From NCBI RefSeq assembly GCF_009914755.1, contig NC_060935.1: a stretch of DNA of 64,000 nucleotides. One strand, 5' to 3'. Origin of the DNA: the human T2T-CHM13v2.0 reference genome, Homo sapiens. This document shows, in pieces, positions 27,731 through 41,325 of this stretch. A program made the translations under genes and the position numbers. The notes under the pieces were generated by a model that was given only the letters and a program-made list of their open reading frames with translations, searched no databases and was not told where the DNA came from. The first letter of the stretch is position 1. Each line of letters starts with the position of its first letter.

Positions 27731-28443
27731 CTAAAGGATCAAGTTCTCTGACACCAGCCTCTCTCAGATACACCAGACACCTCTGTGGCCCCACCCATAC
27801 TTCTCTTCGAGCACATGAAATTGACTTCCCTGAAGGAGATGCTAGAGACAACTGGATGCTCCTGCTTACTAGGAGGAACTCGGACTTTGCGCGGTGAGAA
27901 CCAAATCCTGATATACATATGGCCTCCTTGGGGGTTAGAGGAGGGGTTTGCGGGGAGTTGTTGGTGTACAGGGGCAGAGGAAACAGAAGAAAATACACTG
28001 AGTTTGGGGGCAGCAGGAGTCAAGGATGGTGGGTCATGATAACAAGAAACCTGGTTGCATTCCCATGTGGAATCTTAGTGTGAGATTCAGGGCTGTTTGT
28101 TCCTCTAAACTTTAGAATCTAAAAATTCTGAGAAGCTTCACAAAGTTCCAACTCAGCCTCAAGCTGTAGAGGGGGGGCATTCCTGTGAAGCAGGTCTTAA
28201 CTTGACTCAGGTGGTGGCAGGGAAAGGACAAATGAGCCATTTCAGGGGCTAAGTGGCAAAAGGGAAATGGATGGACAACGCTGGGAGTTGCTTTTGGGCT
28301 GAGGAGAGTCCATGAGGTTCCTACAAGCAGAAGTTCCCAAGATCTCCAGACATAATTCAAGCTTTCCTAGACATATCCTATGCTTCCCCAAACCATTCCT
28401 GTCCCCTCCTCCACCCAAGATTCCTGTTTCTGAACATTCATAC

Positions 28444-28540
28444 CTGTGGGGATGAGTCCATCACCAGAGCCCCCATAGCCACCAGACACAATGCTGGTTT
28501 CATTGAGGTTGGGTCCTGACACCATCACCTGCTGGAGGTC
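28444..28540 (-). CDS. ARFIP2: ARFIP2 exon 3
   Basis: [32 protein letters not shown]; atag|GAC and CAG|gtatga; 97 nt. Confidence 0.93.
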
Positions 28541-28794
28541 CTATAGGCCAGAGAAGAGGGGTTGCTTCAGGAACATAGGGGCTGCAGAAGCATTTTGGAG
28601 GTGGGAACAAGTTTGGATTCAAGCATCATAAAGATAGTACACAAGGGAAGTCTGCACAGAATCAAAATGATACGTAAAAAGAATGAAGGGAGTCAGATAA
28701 GTCAGGGGAAGGCTACTGGAATGGAGGGTGAGAACCTAGGATTTATAAATTGGATTCCTAAATTGAAACAATTAGAAGAATCAAACAGAAGCAC

Positions 28795-28893
28795 CTGCTC
28801 CAGCCCATCATCTTCAGGAAGCTGCCTGGCTTCGCCGTTCCCGTGGATAGGGATCTCCATTGTGGCTGCCTTCCCTAGGATCCCGTCCGTCAT
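28795..28893 (-). CDS. ARFIP2: ARFIP2 first coding segment (exon 2 = 28795-28935)
   Basis: gccATG; [33 protein letters not shown]; CAG|gtgctt donor. Confidence 0.95.
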
Positions 28894-29702
28894 GGCTAGG
28901 AAAGGTATTGGAGTAAAACTCTCCACCCCAGCACCCTGCAAAGCCCAACACAGAAGTTCTGGACACTGGCCAGCACTCTAGAAGAAGGAGGCCTCCTCTG
29001 TCATTTCTTTAAAGGCTGTCCCAGGGTTTGAGTGTCCCAGCGTTTGGCCATCATTCCTTTCTTCAGATATATGTATTTCTCCCCTCCAAAACGCACATTT
29101 GAAACAGGCACACCAAAGCACGGTGTCTTCTCACAAGCCCCCAACCTCACCAGGACTCTGGTGATTATTTCTACACTCATTCAGCAGACATTTAGTGAGT
29201 GCCTACTATGTGTCAGGCACTATTTGTGACAATGAAAATACAACAGTGAAGAGGGAAAGTCTGCTCTCTTAGAACTTATCTCCATGCAGGCGTGTTTATG
29301 CTGAGGAGATGAACCCTTTCCAGGGCTCAGGTCTTCACCCCCCTATTCAGGTTTGTTCTCCATTGCTTGGCCTTTCACATTCCTTTAGCGTTTCTTCCCC
29401 CTTCCTTCAGGGGGTCTCCCCTCCTCCGTCTCATACACCTCGTCTTCCTCGGGCCCTCCCCACCAGGCCTTAGTTAGATCAGTGGGTGTATGTTCCCAGT
29501 CTCTGGTAAAAGCCTCTCTCTCCCAGGATATCGGTGACCCTTCCACAGTCAGTTATGTCTCCCAGGTGTGTGAGTCCCCGCCCCCACCCCCATACACCTG
29601 GACATCAGGTGTGTCCTCATCCTTCCCCGGGGCTCGGGGCATCTTGCCCTCTGGACAGGTTTGTGCGTTCAACTTCCCGTCGCCCAAGCATGTTCCTCTC
29701 AC

Positions 29703-29810
29703 CTCGGGCCGGGCCGCTCTTCCCCTCAGGGCGCCAGGCCCGGGCCGCGCGGGGACCTCGGGCTCCAGTTCCCGTCGCGATCCTAGCAGCAGGTCAGGGA
29801 CTCGGCGGAA
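29703..29810 (-). other. ARFIP2: ARFIP2 non-coding exon 1 (5' end approximate)
   Basis: GAG|gtgaga donor at 29703/29702 inside the CpG island. Confidence 0.75.
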
Positions 29811-29988
29811 ATGACGTCCTCTCCGGGCAGAAGAAGCCGGCCACGTCGCAGATTATAAGGGCGGAGCTGACGTCGCAGCCAGGGCAGGGCGATACTCGAG
29901 CTAGCTCTCGAGATCAGCGAGAGGTTACTTCCGGGGCGGCACCGAGAAGCTGAAACGGAAGTGGCGTACGGCATGCGCCGGTGGCGTG

Positions 29989-30027
29989 ATGGAGCGGCAG
30001 CAGCAGCAGCAACAGCAACTGCGAAAC
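29989..30027 (+). CDS. TIMM10B: TIMM10B (FXC1) coding exon 1, MERQQQQQQQLRN
   Basis: gtgATGg start; AAC|gtaagt donor. Confidence 0.95.
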
Positions 30028-30228
30028 GTAAGTGAGAACTAAGTCGTTTCGAGGCCAGACGTTCAGCTCGCATTCCTGCACACATCGCGGGAACCCCACA
30101 GGGCCAGGGATTTGAGGGCTGGAAACTTCGGGCTATGGCGCGCGGGCCTGGGAAACTTTGGGCGGCGCGACCTTGACTAGAAGTGTGGGGCCCTTATCGC
30201 TGAGTTTGTGGTCCCCCTTTTCTCTCAG

Positions 30229-30324
30229 CTGCGTGACTTCCTGTTGGTCTACAATCGGATGACAGAACTCTGCTTCCAGCGCTGTGTGCCCAGCTTGCAC
30301 CACCGAGCTCTGGACGCTGAGGAG
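30229..30324 (+). CDS. TIMM10B: TIMM10B exon 2 (first CX3C motif, CFQRC)
   Basis: tctctcag|CTG; [32 protein letters not shown]; GAG|gtgggg. Confidence 0.95.
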
Positions 30325-30516
30325 GTGGGGAACTGTGTAGGGAGGTTACGCTGCAAGAAGAGTTTAGCAGTAGACTGCTTCCCTCCTCACCCCACTTCCC
30401 GTACCTCTGGCCCTGGCCTTCCCACGACCCTCACCCCTAGGCTGGGCATGGGGAAGAAAGGAGGCGGACCCGACAGGGCACCTTTATCCTCCACTTAAAC
30501 CCTATCTTCCTTCTAG

Positions 30517-30693
30517 GAGGCCTGTCTGCACAGCTGTGCTGGGAAGCTGATCCATTCCAACCACCGCCTCATGGCCGCTTACGTGCAGCTCATGCCTGCC
30601 CTGGTACAGCGCCGCATCGCAGACTACGAGGCTGCCTCGGCTGTGCCAGGCGTTGCTGCTGAACAGCCTGGGGTCTCTCCATCAGGCAGCTAG
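30517..30693 (+). CDS. TIMM10B: TIMM10B exon 3 (second CX3C motif, CLHSC); 103-aa small Tim chaperone
   Basis: ttctag|GAG; [24 protein letters not shown]...PSGS then TAG at 30691-30693. Confidence 0.95.
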   Translation, partial: EACLHSCAGKLIHSNHRLMAAYVQLMPALVQRRIADYEAASAVPGVAAEQPGVSPSGS

Positions 30694-32476
30694 CCATACC
30701 CAACCCCAGGAAGGAAGGCCTTGGATGGACCCTCAGATTGAAGGACCCGGTGGACCTTGGGGTTGGTGAATCCTAAACAGAGAGAATTCGAGGTTGCCTG
30801 AAAGCTGGGTGTCCTTGCTCCTTTTCCTGGAGCCAATATACCCAGTTTTTACTCAGTTTGATTTATATTCTGGGCAAGGAAGCTTTGCCTACTTTATTGG
30901 CACAATCCGTTGTTCTGTCGTTTAGTGCATATCTGCTGGCTTCAGCCCTGGCAGCTGAGAAATTGTTTTCTATATGTAGAAGGAAAACCTGAGCATTTGC
31001 AGGCATCTGGTTAAAGCAGGGTCTGTGTGTACAATTTTAAAACGGGTAATATGTCATGCTCTTAGTTCATCTTCACAACAAAACTATGAGTAAGCGGTAT
31101 TAGCCTCACTTAACAGATGAGGAAGCAAGATTCCAGAAAGTACCAGAAGGTCATTTTATACAACAGGAGATTGGTTCCTGCCCAGATGACAGAAAATGGG
31201 AGCTCTGTCTAGTTGTCCTTAAGTCTGACTGACTTCAGTGGCTCATAACCGTGAGCCAAGTATTTGTTGGTTCATAACTGTTGTTTTGTGAACTATGTCT
31301 TACATGTCTAGAGTTCTGCTGGATCTAGGGAAAGGAGGAGCTATCGAAGTACAACGGATCAAAAAACCACAGGGCTTTTGGGCACTGCCTCCTTGGGAAG
31401 TTAGTGGCCACAGAAGAGAGATGAAACCTGTAAGAAGTCTGGAGTCTTTTGGAACTTCAGCCATTTCCCCAGGTTGTTACTTTCTTAGTATGTACAGTCT
31501 TCTCAGGATGAGCAGTAAAACCTTTGAACAAAGGTCTGTGTGGTTGTCTTCACGGGCAATCAGGAAGGGAGAGAGCTGGGGACCATATTCTGCAATGCAG
31601 CCAAATCCGAGGAAGAGAAACTGAAGGGAGAAGTAGATGGCAATGGTTATGATAAAAAGGGATAAAACTAAATCTTCGGGACTTCTTTAATGCTACGTTA
31701 ATGTTTCACTGCTCGTCTAGAAACTCCTAAATCCAGCTTTCTATCATCTGCCCCACATTGGTCCCATTGAGTACATTCTGTGATTTCTAATTCCAGCCTC
31801 TCCATTCTTTTCTCATTATTGCCTCCCCCGCCCCCCAACTTTGTGTAATTTACTTCTGTATTCAGCAGCCTGGATAGCATATCATTCCATCACCCCATTT
31901 TCTTGCCACCATTGGCCATCTTTTTGTATCATTCCACTTATTCTGTCTTTTCCATTCCTTCATTCAAACTGCTAGAGAAAAACAGTTGTGTAATGAATGC
32001 CACTAAATATTCAAGGCCTCCAACCTCAGCCAAGTCCTCACACCAACACGCAGTCACACCAACACACACCTTTATGGGTTCCTGGTCCATTTCCTTCTCT
32101 AATTACCATGGCAGTTATTTTACACCTCTACTGCTGTCCTTAATCCCATACCCCACCCTCATCAGGTGACCCTGTTTCCTTTTTTAGAGAAATTGAAGCT
32201 CTTAGACATTGGTTTCCACAGTAATAATTTTAAAACTTCTTACAACTACCTACAAAGCAGATGTTCTATCCTATCTACAGAGCAGAAAATTGAAATTCTC
32301 AAGTAGCAGACCCGGTATTAAAGTGCAGATCTGACTTTAAAGTCCATGTTCATTTTACACAGCAGGCTGCCTCTTAAGATAGTATTTATTGAGCACACAC
32401 TTTGTGTAGGTTCTGATTTTGGTAGATGTCATGCTTTATATTAATCTTTACAACAACTATAAGTAAGAGGTATTAA

Positions 32477-32863
<387 letters not shown>

Positions 32864-33131
32864 TATACAAAGTTTCTTATTGAGAAAAGTGGTTCCAATC
32901 ATGTTTTTTGCCCCCTTTAGCTGCTATCTCTTGAACAGAAAAGTTTGTTAGGAAGGTAAAAGTTGCTGACTAGGACCTTACCCACAGGGTGGCACTCTGT
33001 CCTTGGGAAATATAAATGCAAGTAAAACAGGTTTGAACTTCTTAACTTCCAGAAGATAGGAGGATGGGACCTGTGATACTGTGCTGCTGGTGGGAGGACC
33101 CTTCCACATCAACATTTGTGTGTATCCTTGC

Positions 33132-33137
33132 AATAAA
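33132..33137 (+). terminator. Probable TIMM10B polyadenylation signal (AATAAA), implying a ~2.5-kb 3'UTR
   Basis: caataaac, the first clear canonical hexamer I found after the stop codon. Confidence 0.55.
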
Positions 33138-35793
33138 CTTCCATTGTGAATTATCTGTGCTTCCCGTCCTTCCATGTCACACAATAGTAATTGCTAAAGA
33201 AGAGCTAGGAGCATAGATCTGTCTGATTCTAAAGCCTTTGCTCTTTGAACTTTGAGAGCTTCTATCTGTACTTAACCTGCCTCTAGGCATGAAAAAACAA
33301 ATGTCCCTCAGTCTGACCCATCTCTTAATCCCTTTCTTAAAATTTCAATCTCTTGTCCTGGTTCTTTCCTGTTTATAAATATGTTCAGTGTTCAGGAGAA
33401 AAACCTTATTCCTACCACTTTACCTTCCATAATCTGGTCTTCCTCAGGTTTTACCATAAAGTGATAGCCATTGGCATAATCGGAGCAATGTGATGTTCCA
33501 AGCACAACACTAAAGAATAAATGTTGACAAGCTTTATCATGTTATCATAAATGTAAACGTTGGAGATACTTTGTTGTTCCTGCCATTGTGGCTTCAGAAC
33601 TGCCCACTCCTTTGCAAAGCCTCATTCTTTTGAGGCTGTTCATCCATACAACCCTCTGATTACTTGTCTACCACTCTCATTTACTACTACTCTCCTGCTA
33701 CTTTAAATAGCTAGCCCTTGGTCTTCCTGTCCACTCCTTGATATTTTAACATTTACATAGACAATTCATTTGGTGTTTTGTCTCCTAGTTATTTGGCCCA
33801 ATCTCTGATGATTTCCACTCTGTCTTGGCCACTCACTCCGTTTGTCATATCTTGGCCATTATCATCACCTCAAATTGCTCCATCTTCAAAATACTTGCAT
33901 CTTATTTATTGACCATATTCCTTCCACTTGGTTTATTGAACTATTCCCTCTATCATTCTCTGATTTCACTGCAGCCAATGCTTCTGCTTTCCATTAGTCC
34001 CTTCCTTCTTTAGATTCCTGTATAGCTTAAACTAGTGGTTTTCGTGCAATAGGCTGAATTTCCTTGCCTTTCATCTCTTTTTGAACCCTTAAATAAAGTG
34101 ATACTTGTCTGTACCTGCATTTGGACAGCTAAATGCCACCCCAGGAAACAACTGTGGAGCAGATTTATATCACTATGAATCCATGGTTATCAGCTTCAAA
34201 TGTAGTCTCAGCCCCATAGTCCTACTAGATTTTTCTAGTCATTTTAACTTTTCCCTGCAATGACTATTTCAAACCAACATTCTTAAATCTCTTATCACTC
34301 CCCCGCACCATTATCTTCACTTTATGCAAGTAACTATTTCTTACATCATAGACAAAAGTAGAAGCTATCGGTCATTCTCTCAACATCCTACAACTTATTT
34401 ACCCACACATATGCATCATTCTTTCTCTTTTGTCTAAACAAGGCAAGCATACATCTGTCTAAAGCCAGTGCCTATTCTGTGCTCGGAATCTTAGTCCTTC
34501 CATCTTGGAGGATCTTTGACTTCCACTTTACTGAATTATTCTCATCAGTGTTTAAACATGCTAAAGATTCTCCTGTTAATAAACCACTTCATACCTCATT
34601 TCCCCTCCAGTTACACTTCTATCTTTTCTACTTTACAGTTAAACTTCTCAAAACAGTTGGATAGTTTGGGCCTCTCCATTTTACAAGTCATTTCCCATTT
34701 TCATTCCTCAACCGAGTCCATTTTGACTTCTGCAACCATCATTCTGTTGAAATGGTTCTTGCCAAGGTCACCTTGGTGATCACCTTCCTATCCTTCAATC
34801 CGGTGGTTATTTCCCAGTCCTCACTACCTCACTTCTCAGTAGCATTTGGTATAATTTTCTAGTTTCTTATCATTGATACTCTTCCATTGGCGTCTGATTC
34901 TACTTTCATGGTTTTACTACTACCTCTTTGATCTTTGACCACAGCTGCTTAGCCTCCTTTGCAGGCTCATCCTCCTCCCAGCCTTTAAATCTGAAAGTTT
35001 CTCTCGGTTCTGTTCTTCTCACTCTAATTTTCCTAGGACAGTTTCATCCCCACTCTGAACTTTAGTTACTGATGACTTCCAGATCTCCTCCAAGCTATTT
35101 GACATCTCCACTTAAGTATCTCAAAAACATCCCAAACTCAACATGTTTCCTAATAAACTATCCTATGCCTGGTACTCATCCAGTTGGAGAAGCTAGAAGG
35201 CATTTGCCTTTTTCTATCACTCAATTGCCAGATCTTATCAGTTTACATTTCTAAATATCCCTTGATTCTCACTGCCTCTCTCTCCACCTTCACCATAATC
35301 TCCCACCAGGATTACTGCAGTTGCTGCTGCTTCCTATACCCACTCTTGTATCCCTTCAATCTGTTCTTCACTCATAAGCCATAAAATGCAAACTAATGCT
35401 TAAACTTTGCAAGAGCTTCCCATTCTTAGGATAAAAACTGAAATTCTAAATATGACCTACAAGGCCCTGCATGATCCAGCCTGTGACTACTTCCAGCTTT
35501 ATCTTATCAGTAACTATCAAACAATGGACTGTCAATACTATTTGCTGAATTTATTCAAATCACACTTCACTCTTTCCCTCTGTGCTCTGGCCACACTGGC
35601 CTTCTTTCACTTTCTCTAAATTGTCATGTACTGTTTCATCTCAAGGCCTTTGTATGTGCTGTTTCCTGGCTTACAATGCTTTCCCCCTTTATCTACTTCT
35701 CATTCTTGAGATCCTAGTTACTATTTCCTCAAAGAACTCTTCCCCAGACTCCAGCTCCCATAATTCCTCATGCTTTTGGTGTATCGCACTTTT

Positions 35794-37934
35794 TTCAATA
35801 TATTTTTCAAGTTTTACTTTGAATGATGTTAATTACAGCATTTGAAGGGGAGGATCTAAATTCACACAAAATGGAAGGCTCTAAAATACACCCATTAAAC
35901 TGCTAAAAAATAAATTGAGTGGTGAGAATACAACGGAAGTCCAATTTAGATTCTGAGTGTTGTCACCATGTGATTCTTCCAAGCTTATATCCAGAACTCC
36001 TGGAAGCTATTTCATATTCTGGTGGGGGGGGCACAAAACCACAGCATGAGAAGGAATTAAGTCCTGAATTATTGGCTTCATCATATCCACCCTCTCCACC
36101 CCAGAATGGCAGAAAAGAAACAGTTACCACACCCTGCAGACCTTTTGGTGTAAAATAGGTGATGATTAACTGGGGTGGAAACAGGTCATGAAGATCTGTC
36201 TAAAAGAGTCCCTTTCAAGTGAGTTTGCACACACCATCAAGCGACAAGCCTCTCATTAATTAGGGTTAGGAAACCAAGGTTCAATTCTCAGGAAGTCATA
36301 ATTTCATTCATTTACTCAATATGAATTTACAAAATGCCTACATATTATCAGCTTCCATGTGCAGTCATTTCTAGATAAAAAAGAAACCTGGCTTCTCTAG
36401 AGGGGCCACCAAGTTCCTCCTCCAAGTCTATAGCTGAAAGGACCTTTTTTGGAATTGGGTTTCTTCTCTACCTCTGAAAGAGTAACACTTTAAAGCTGAA
36501 TTATCTTTAGCCTGGAAATTAACATATTTAGCCTGTAAGTCTAACATTTAGCAATGCTTGCATCCCAGACATACAGTAGAAGATACACTAAATTCTGAAG
36601 GTAGCTGTGCTGCAAAATAATGTAAAAGTAAACAATTGTACAGTATTTATGCTCAAAATTTCAGTTCCAGACCTAGCGTGTAACCACTGGCATTGTTATT
36701 CTTGCCATCCAGGAGAGCTGACAGTGTCATTTTGATACCTGGCTTTAGGGTCTCAGTGTATTCTAAACCTGTTAGGCTAGAGTTGTTCACTTAGCCAAGA
36801 AGCAGGTGTCAGGGTTGATCAGATACTTGGGTATTCCAAAGTGAGTGTTTGTATTAGTCTGTTTTCACACTGCTAGTAAAGATACACCTTGGGACTGGGT
36901 AATTTATAAAGGAAAAGGTTTAATGGGCTCACACAGTTCCACGTGGCTGGAGAGGCCTCACCATTGTGGGGGAAGGCGAAAGGCACATCTTACATGGTGG
37001 CAGGCGGGAGAGAAAATGAAAGCCAAGTGAAAGGAGTTTCCCCTTATAAAACCATCAGATCCCGTGAGACATTCACTACCATGAGAACAGTATGGGGAAA
37101 CTGCCCCCATGATTCAATTATCTCCCACCAGGTCAGTCCCACACACGTGGGAATTATGGGAGCTACAATTCAAGATTAGATTTGGGTGGGGACACAGACA
37201 AACCGTATTAGTGTTACTGTTTCCTGCTGTCCAGGTGAAATTGACAGTGGTCTCCAACTTCTTACTCACCTTCTGGTAAATGGAGCCACCAAACTGTCCC
37301 ATTATTTACGTTAGTGTGAAGTTGGAATTCATCAGACTTGTAACCAACTGCAGAGTTGCTCTGGGTCACTCAGGATTTTGCAGTCTCAAAATTTATCTGG
37401 TAGCCAGCCAGTCAACCCTTGTAACCCAGCACCAGAGCGCCCCAGATGGAAGGTCCAGTGATGTCAAAATCCAGGTTACAGCCCAGGTTGATGTGCTCCT
37501 GCTTGTACCTGGTGTTGATTTTAGCATTTTTCCCCCAGTATTAGGTGACAAGGGTGAATTGAGGGTCAGCTTCAGTCCACTTGCAAGATGATCTTCCACA
37601 GTAATCTCAGTCCTGGTGTGTTGTGTGTTTCACTTCGTAAACATCAGGCCGTACTCAGTCCATCTGTACTTGGTCTCCATGACTGCCTGTCACTTTGGTG
37701 ATTTCAGTGTTGGCTGAGCCTAAGCTTTCAAATTCCAATGCATTCTCAGATTTTGTTTTCAAAAGGTTTATTAGGCCATATCCGTAGCCCTTGTTGAAGA
37801 CATTCCTGGCAGATTTGCCAAGATTGGCATACTTGGGTGGCACAGCCATCTTCTGCTCAGAGGTGGTGGTGGCAGGCTTGGCGGCAGCTATGATGGGGGC
37901 TTCATCAGGGAGGCATGGAGCAAAGCAAGCAGCC
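35794..37934 (-). pseudogene. Processed VDAC1 pseudogene (5'UTR, CDS 37849-36647, 3'UTR, residual A tail)
   Basis: [23 protein letters not shown] resembles the VDAC1 N-terminus; later frames give [25 protein letters not shown]; intronless and frameshifted; degenerate ~16-bp TSD at 35778-35793 and 37935-37950. Confidence 0.93.
36850..37210. mobile_element. THE1-type MaLR solo LTR inserted in the VDAC1 pseudogene
   Basis: tgtattagtctgttttcacactgct...gggtggggacacagacaaaccgtatta; 5-bp TSD gtgtt at 36845-36849 and 37211-37215. Confidence 0.88.
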
Positions 37935-38382
37935 GGTGTGTAGTGCTTTTAATGGTGTTTCATTATATACCTCATAAAGTCAGAGTCCATGTCTGTATTG
38001 CTCACCATTGTATCCTTATCACAGTGCTTGGCATATAATGTGTGCTCAACAAATATTTGTTGAATGAGCATCTTTGAATCTCCTCCCAGCTCAATTTGCT
38101 ATTAACTAAGAGAAAGGCTTTTTTATCAGAAGAGACAGAAGTGAACCTGCACATCTAACCTTTGACGTTTTTCCAATGATTTAAAGATGTTTTTCACCCA
38201 AAATCTCAGTAGGTGTTATCTTCTACCCTTAATAGTCACAGATCAGTCAACATCTAAAAGGCCCCGTCTGGAGCAAATCACTCTGCCATTCTAGTTTCCA
38301 CCTAATTTCTAAGTCCTATAGTTCTGCTTAAATATCTCTTAAACCATTTTCCTTCTCTCCATCTTCATTGTTATTACCTTAA

Positions 38383-38690
<308 letters not shown>

Positions 38691-39007
38691 CCTTAAAATT
38701 TTATCAGCTCTTATACAGATTACAGCAGCAGTCTCCTAACAGCTTTTGTTGTTGTTACACTTAAAAAATTTTTTTAATTTAATTTTTAAAAAAGGAGTCC
38801 CTGCAGCTCCAGCACGGAGACACAGGGGCTCAACAGAGTGCTTCCTAATAGCTTTTTGTCTTGAGTCTAGACCCCTTTTGATTAGTTAGGAATTAGCTTA
38901 GTTACATGTAATAGAGATTCTGTTTTTCCTTTTCTGGGTATGCCCCACATTCATCTATATATTCACATATTCCACAGATATTTGAGTGACTGCTTTTACC
39001 AATTTTA

Positions 39008-39566
<559 letters not shown>

Positions 39567-39731
39567 CCAGACAAAAGATAGGGAGAAGGTCTGTCCTCCT
39601 TTCCTTCAAGTCCTTGCTCAGATGTCAGATGTCACCTTTTTATTCAGGCTTACTCTGATTATCGTGTTTAAAATGGTAACCCATGCTCCCTTAGACATTC
39701 CTGATTCTCTTTGCTTTGTTTTTTTCCATAA

Positions 39732-40038
<307 letters not shown>

Positions 40039-40359
40039 TCATTTTATTCTTTATTATCTGTCCCTCCCACTCGAATGTAAGGTCCATAACTCAGGAATTT
40101 CTGTCACTGTTTCTGTTTTGTACACTGATATAACCAAACACTGAAAACAGTGCCTGATGCAGTTGATACTCAATAAATATTTGTTGAGTGAAAGGAGGCA
40201 AGAAAGAATAGTCCCAGGGCAAAGGTATAGAACTTGCCTTTAGAGAGAGAAAGAGCATCTCTAATTGGTAACAGTAAGGAGGGAGGAATGGATAAGAGCA
40301 GATCTAAATGATTTTAAAATTTAGCATTTGGAGATTGAGAGAATTCCTTTTAAATAGCA

Positions 40360-40940
40360 TGTGATGGTTAGTTTTGTGTGTCAACTTGGCTAGGCTATAG
40401 TACCCAGTTATTTAATCAAACCCTAATTTGGGTGTTACTGTGAAGGCATTTTTATAGGTATGGGTAACATGTACACTTAGTTGACTTTAAATAAAGGAGA
40501 TTACTCTTGATAATGTGGGTCTGTTGAAAGCCTTCAGAGTAAAACTGAGGTTTCTCAGAGAAGAAGAAATTCTGCCTCAAGACTGCAGCATCGGGCCAGG
40601 TGCAGTGGTTCACACCTGTAATCCGAATGCTTTGGGAGGCCAAGATGGAAAGATTGCTTGAGTTCAGGAGTTCAAGGTTGCAGTGAGCTATGATCTGTAC
40701 TCCAGCCTGGGCAACAGAGTGAGGTTTTGTCTCTAAAAAAATAAAAATTTAAAAAAGAGGAAAAAATAAGACTGCATCATTAACTTCTGCATGAGTTTCC
40801 ATCATGCCAGCCTGCCCTACAGATTTTGGATTTACCAGCTCCCACACATGTGTTAGCCAATTTCTTAAAATATATGTCTTTATATGAATATATATATCTT
40901 ATTGATTCTGCTTCTCTGGAGAATGCTGATTGATAATACA
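40360..40940. mobile_element. MLT2-type (ERVL) LTR interrupted by an Alu monomer at 40593-40770
   Basis: Begins tgtgatggttagttttgtgtgtcaacttggctaggc and ends tctctggagaatgctgattgataataca; aagactgca flanks the Alu on both sides. Confidence 0.75.
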
Positions 40941-41154
40941 GCATCTCATTTTTTTTCAAATAGAAGGTAAAGTCATCATCTGAGAATAAAGCAGAAGGAA
41001 ATGGAAGATGAGAGAGTACAAGAGGTTTGAAATACTGATTGCCCGGAATGGAAGAGTGAACTGACAAAAGAAACAGAGTTTTAGGCAGTGTTGAGGGTTC
41101 AGCAGAGCTTGCTGAACAGAATTCCTTTCTGTCTTTGTCTGAAGAGCTTTGATT

Positions 41155-41325
41155 GTGTTTTTTTGTTGTTTTTGTTTTTTGAGACAGGGTTTTGCTCTGT
41201 TGCCCACGCTGGAGTGTGGTGGTATGAACACGGCTCACTGCAGCCTTAACCTCGTGGGCTCAAGTGATCCTTCCACCTCAGTCTCCCAAAGTTTTGGGAT
41301 TACAGGAATGAGCCACCGCACCCAC
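41155..41325 (-). mobile_element. Alu monomer / partial Alu
   Basis: Antisense Alu motifs. Confidence 0.8.

Larger units (their letters stand above)
29570..30330. promoter_or_regulatory. CpG island and bidirectional ARFIP2/TIMM10B promoter
   Basis: Divergent first exons less than 300 bp apart; ETS (cggaag, acttccgg), CRE-like (tgacgtc twice), GC box and NRF1-like gcatgcgc motifs. Confidence 0.88.
33450..38070 (+). mobile_element. Degraded L2 remnant split by the VDAC1 retrocopy
   Basis: L2-like blocks (cacttctcagtagcatttg, gacatctccact, aaggccctgcatgatc) before the retrocopy and an L2 3' end (ggcatataatgtgtgctcaacaaatatttgttgaatg) after it. Confidence 0.6.
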
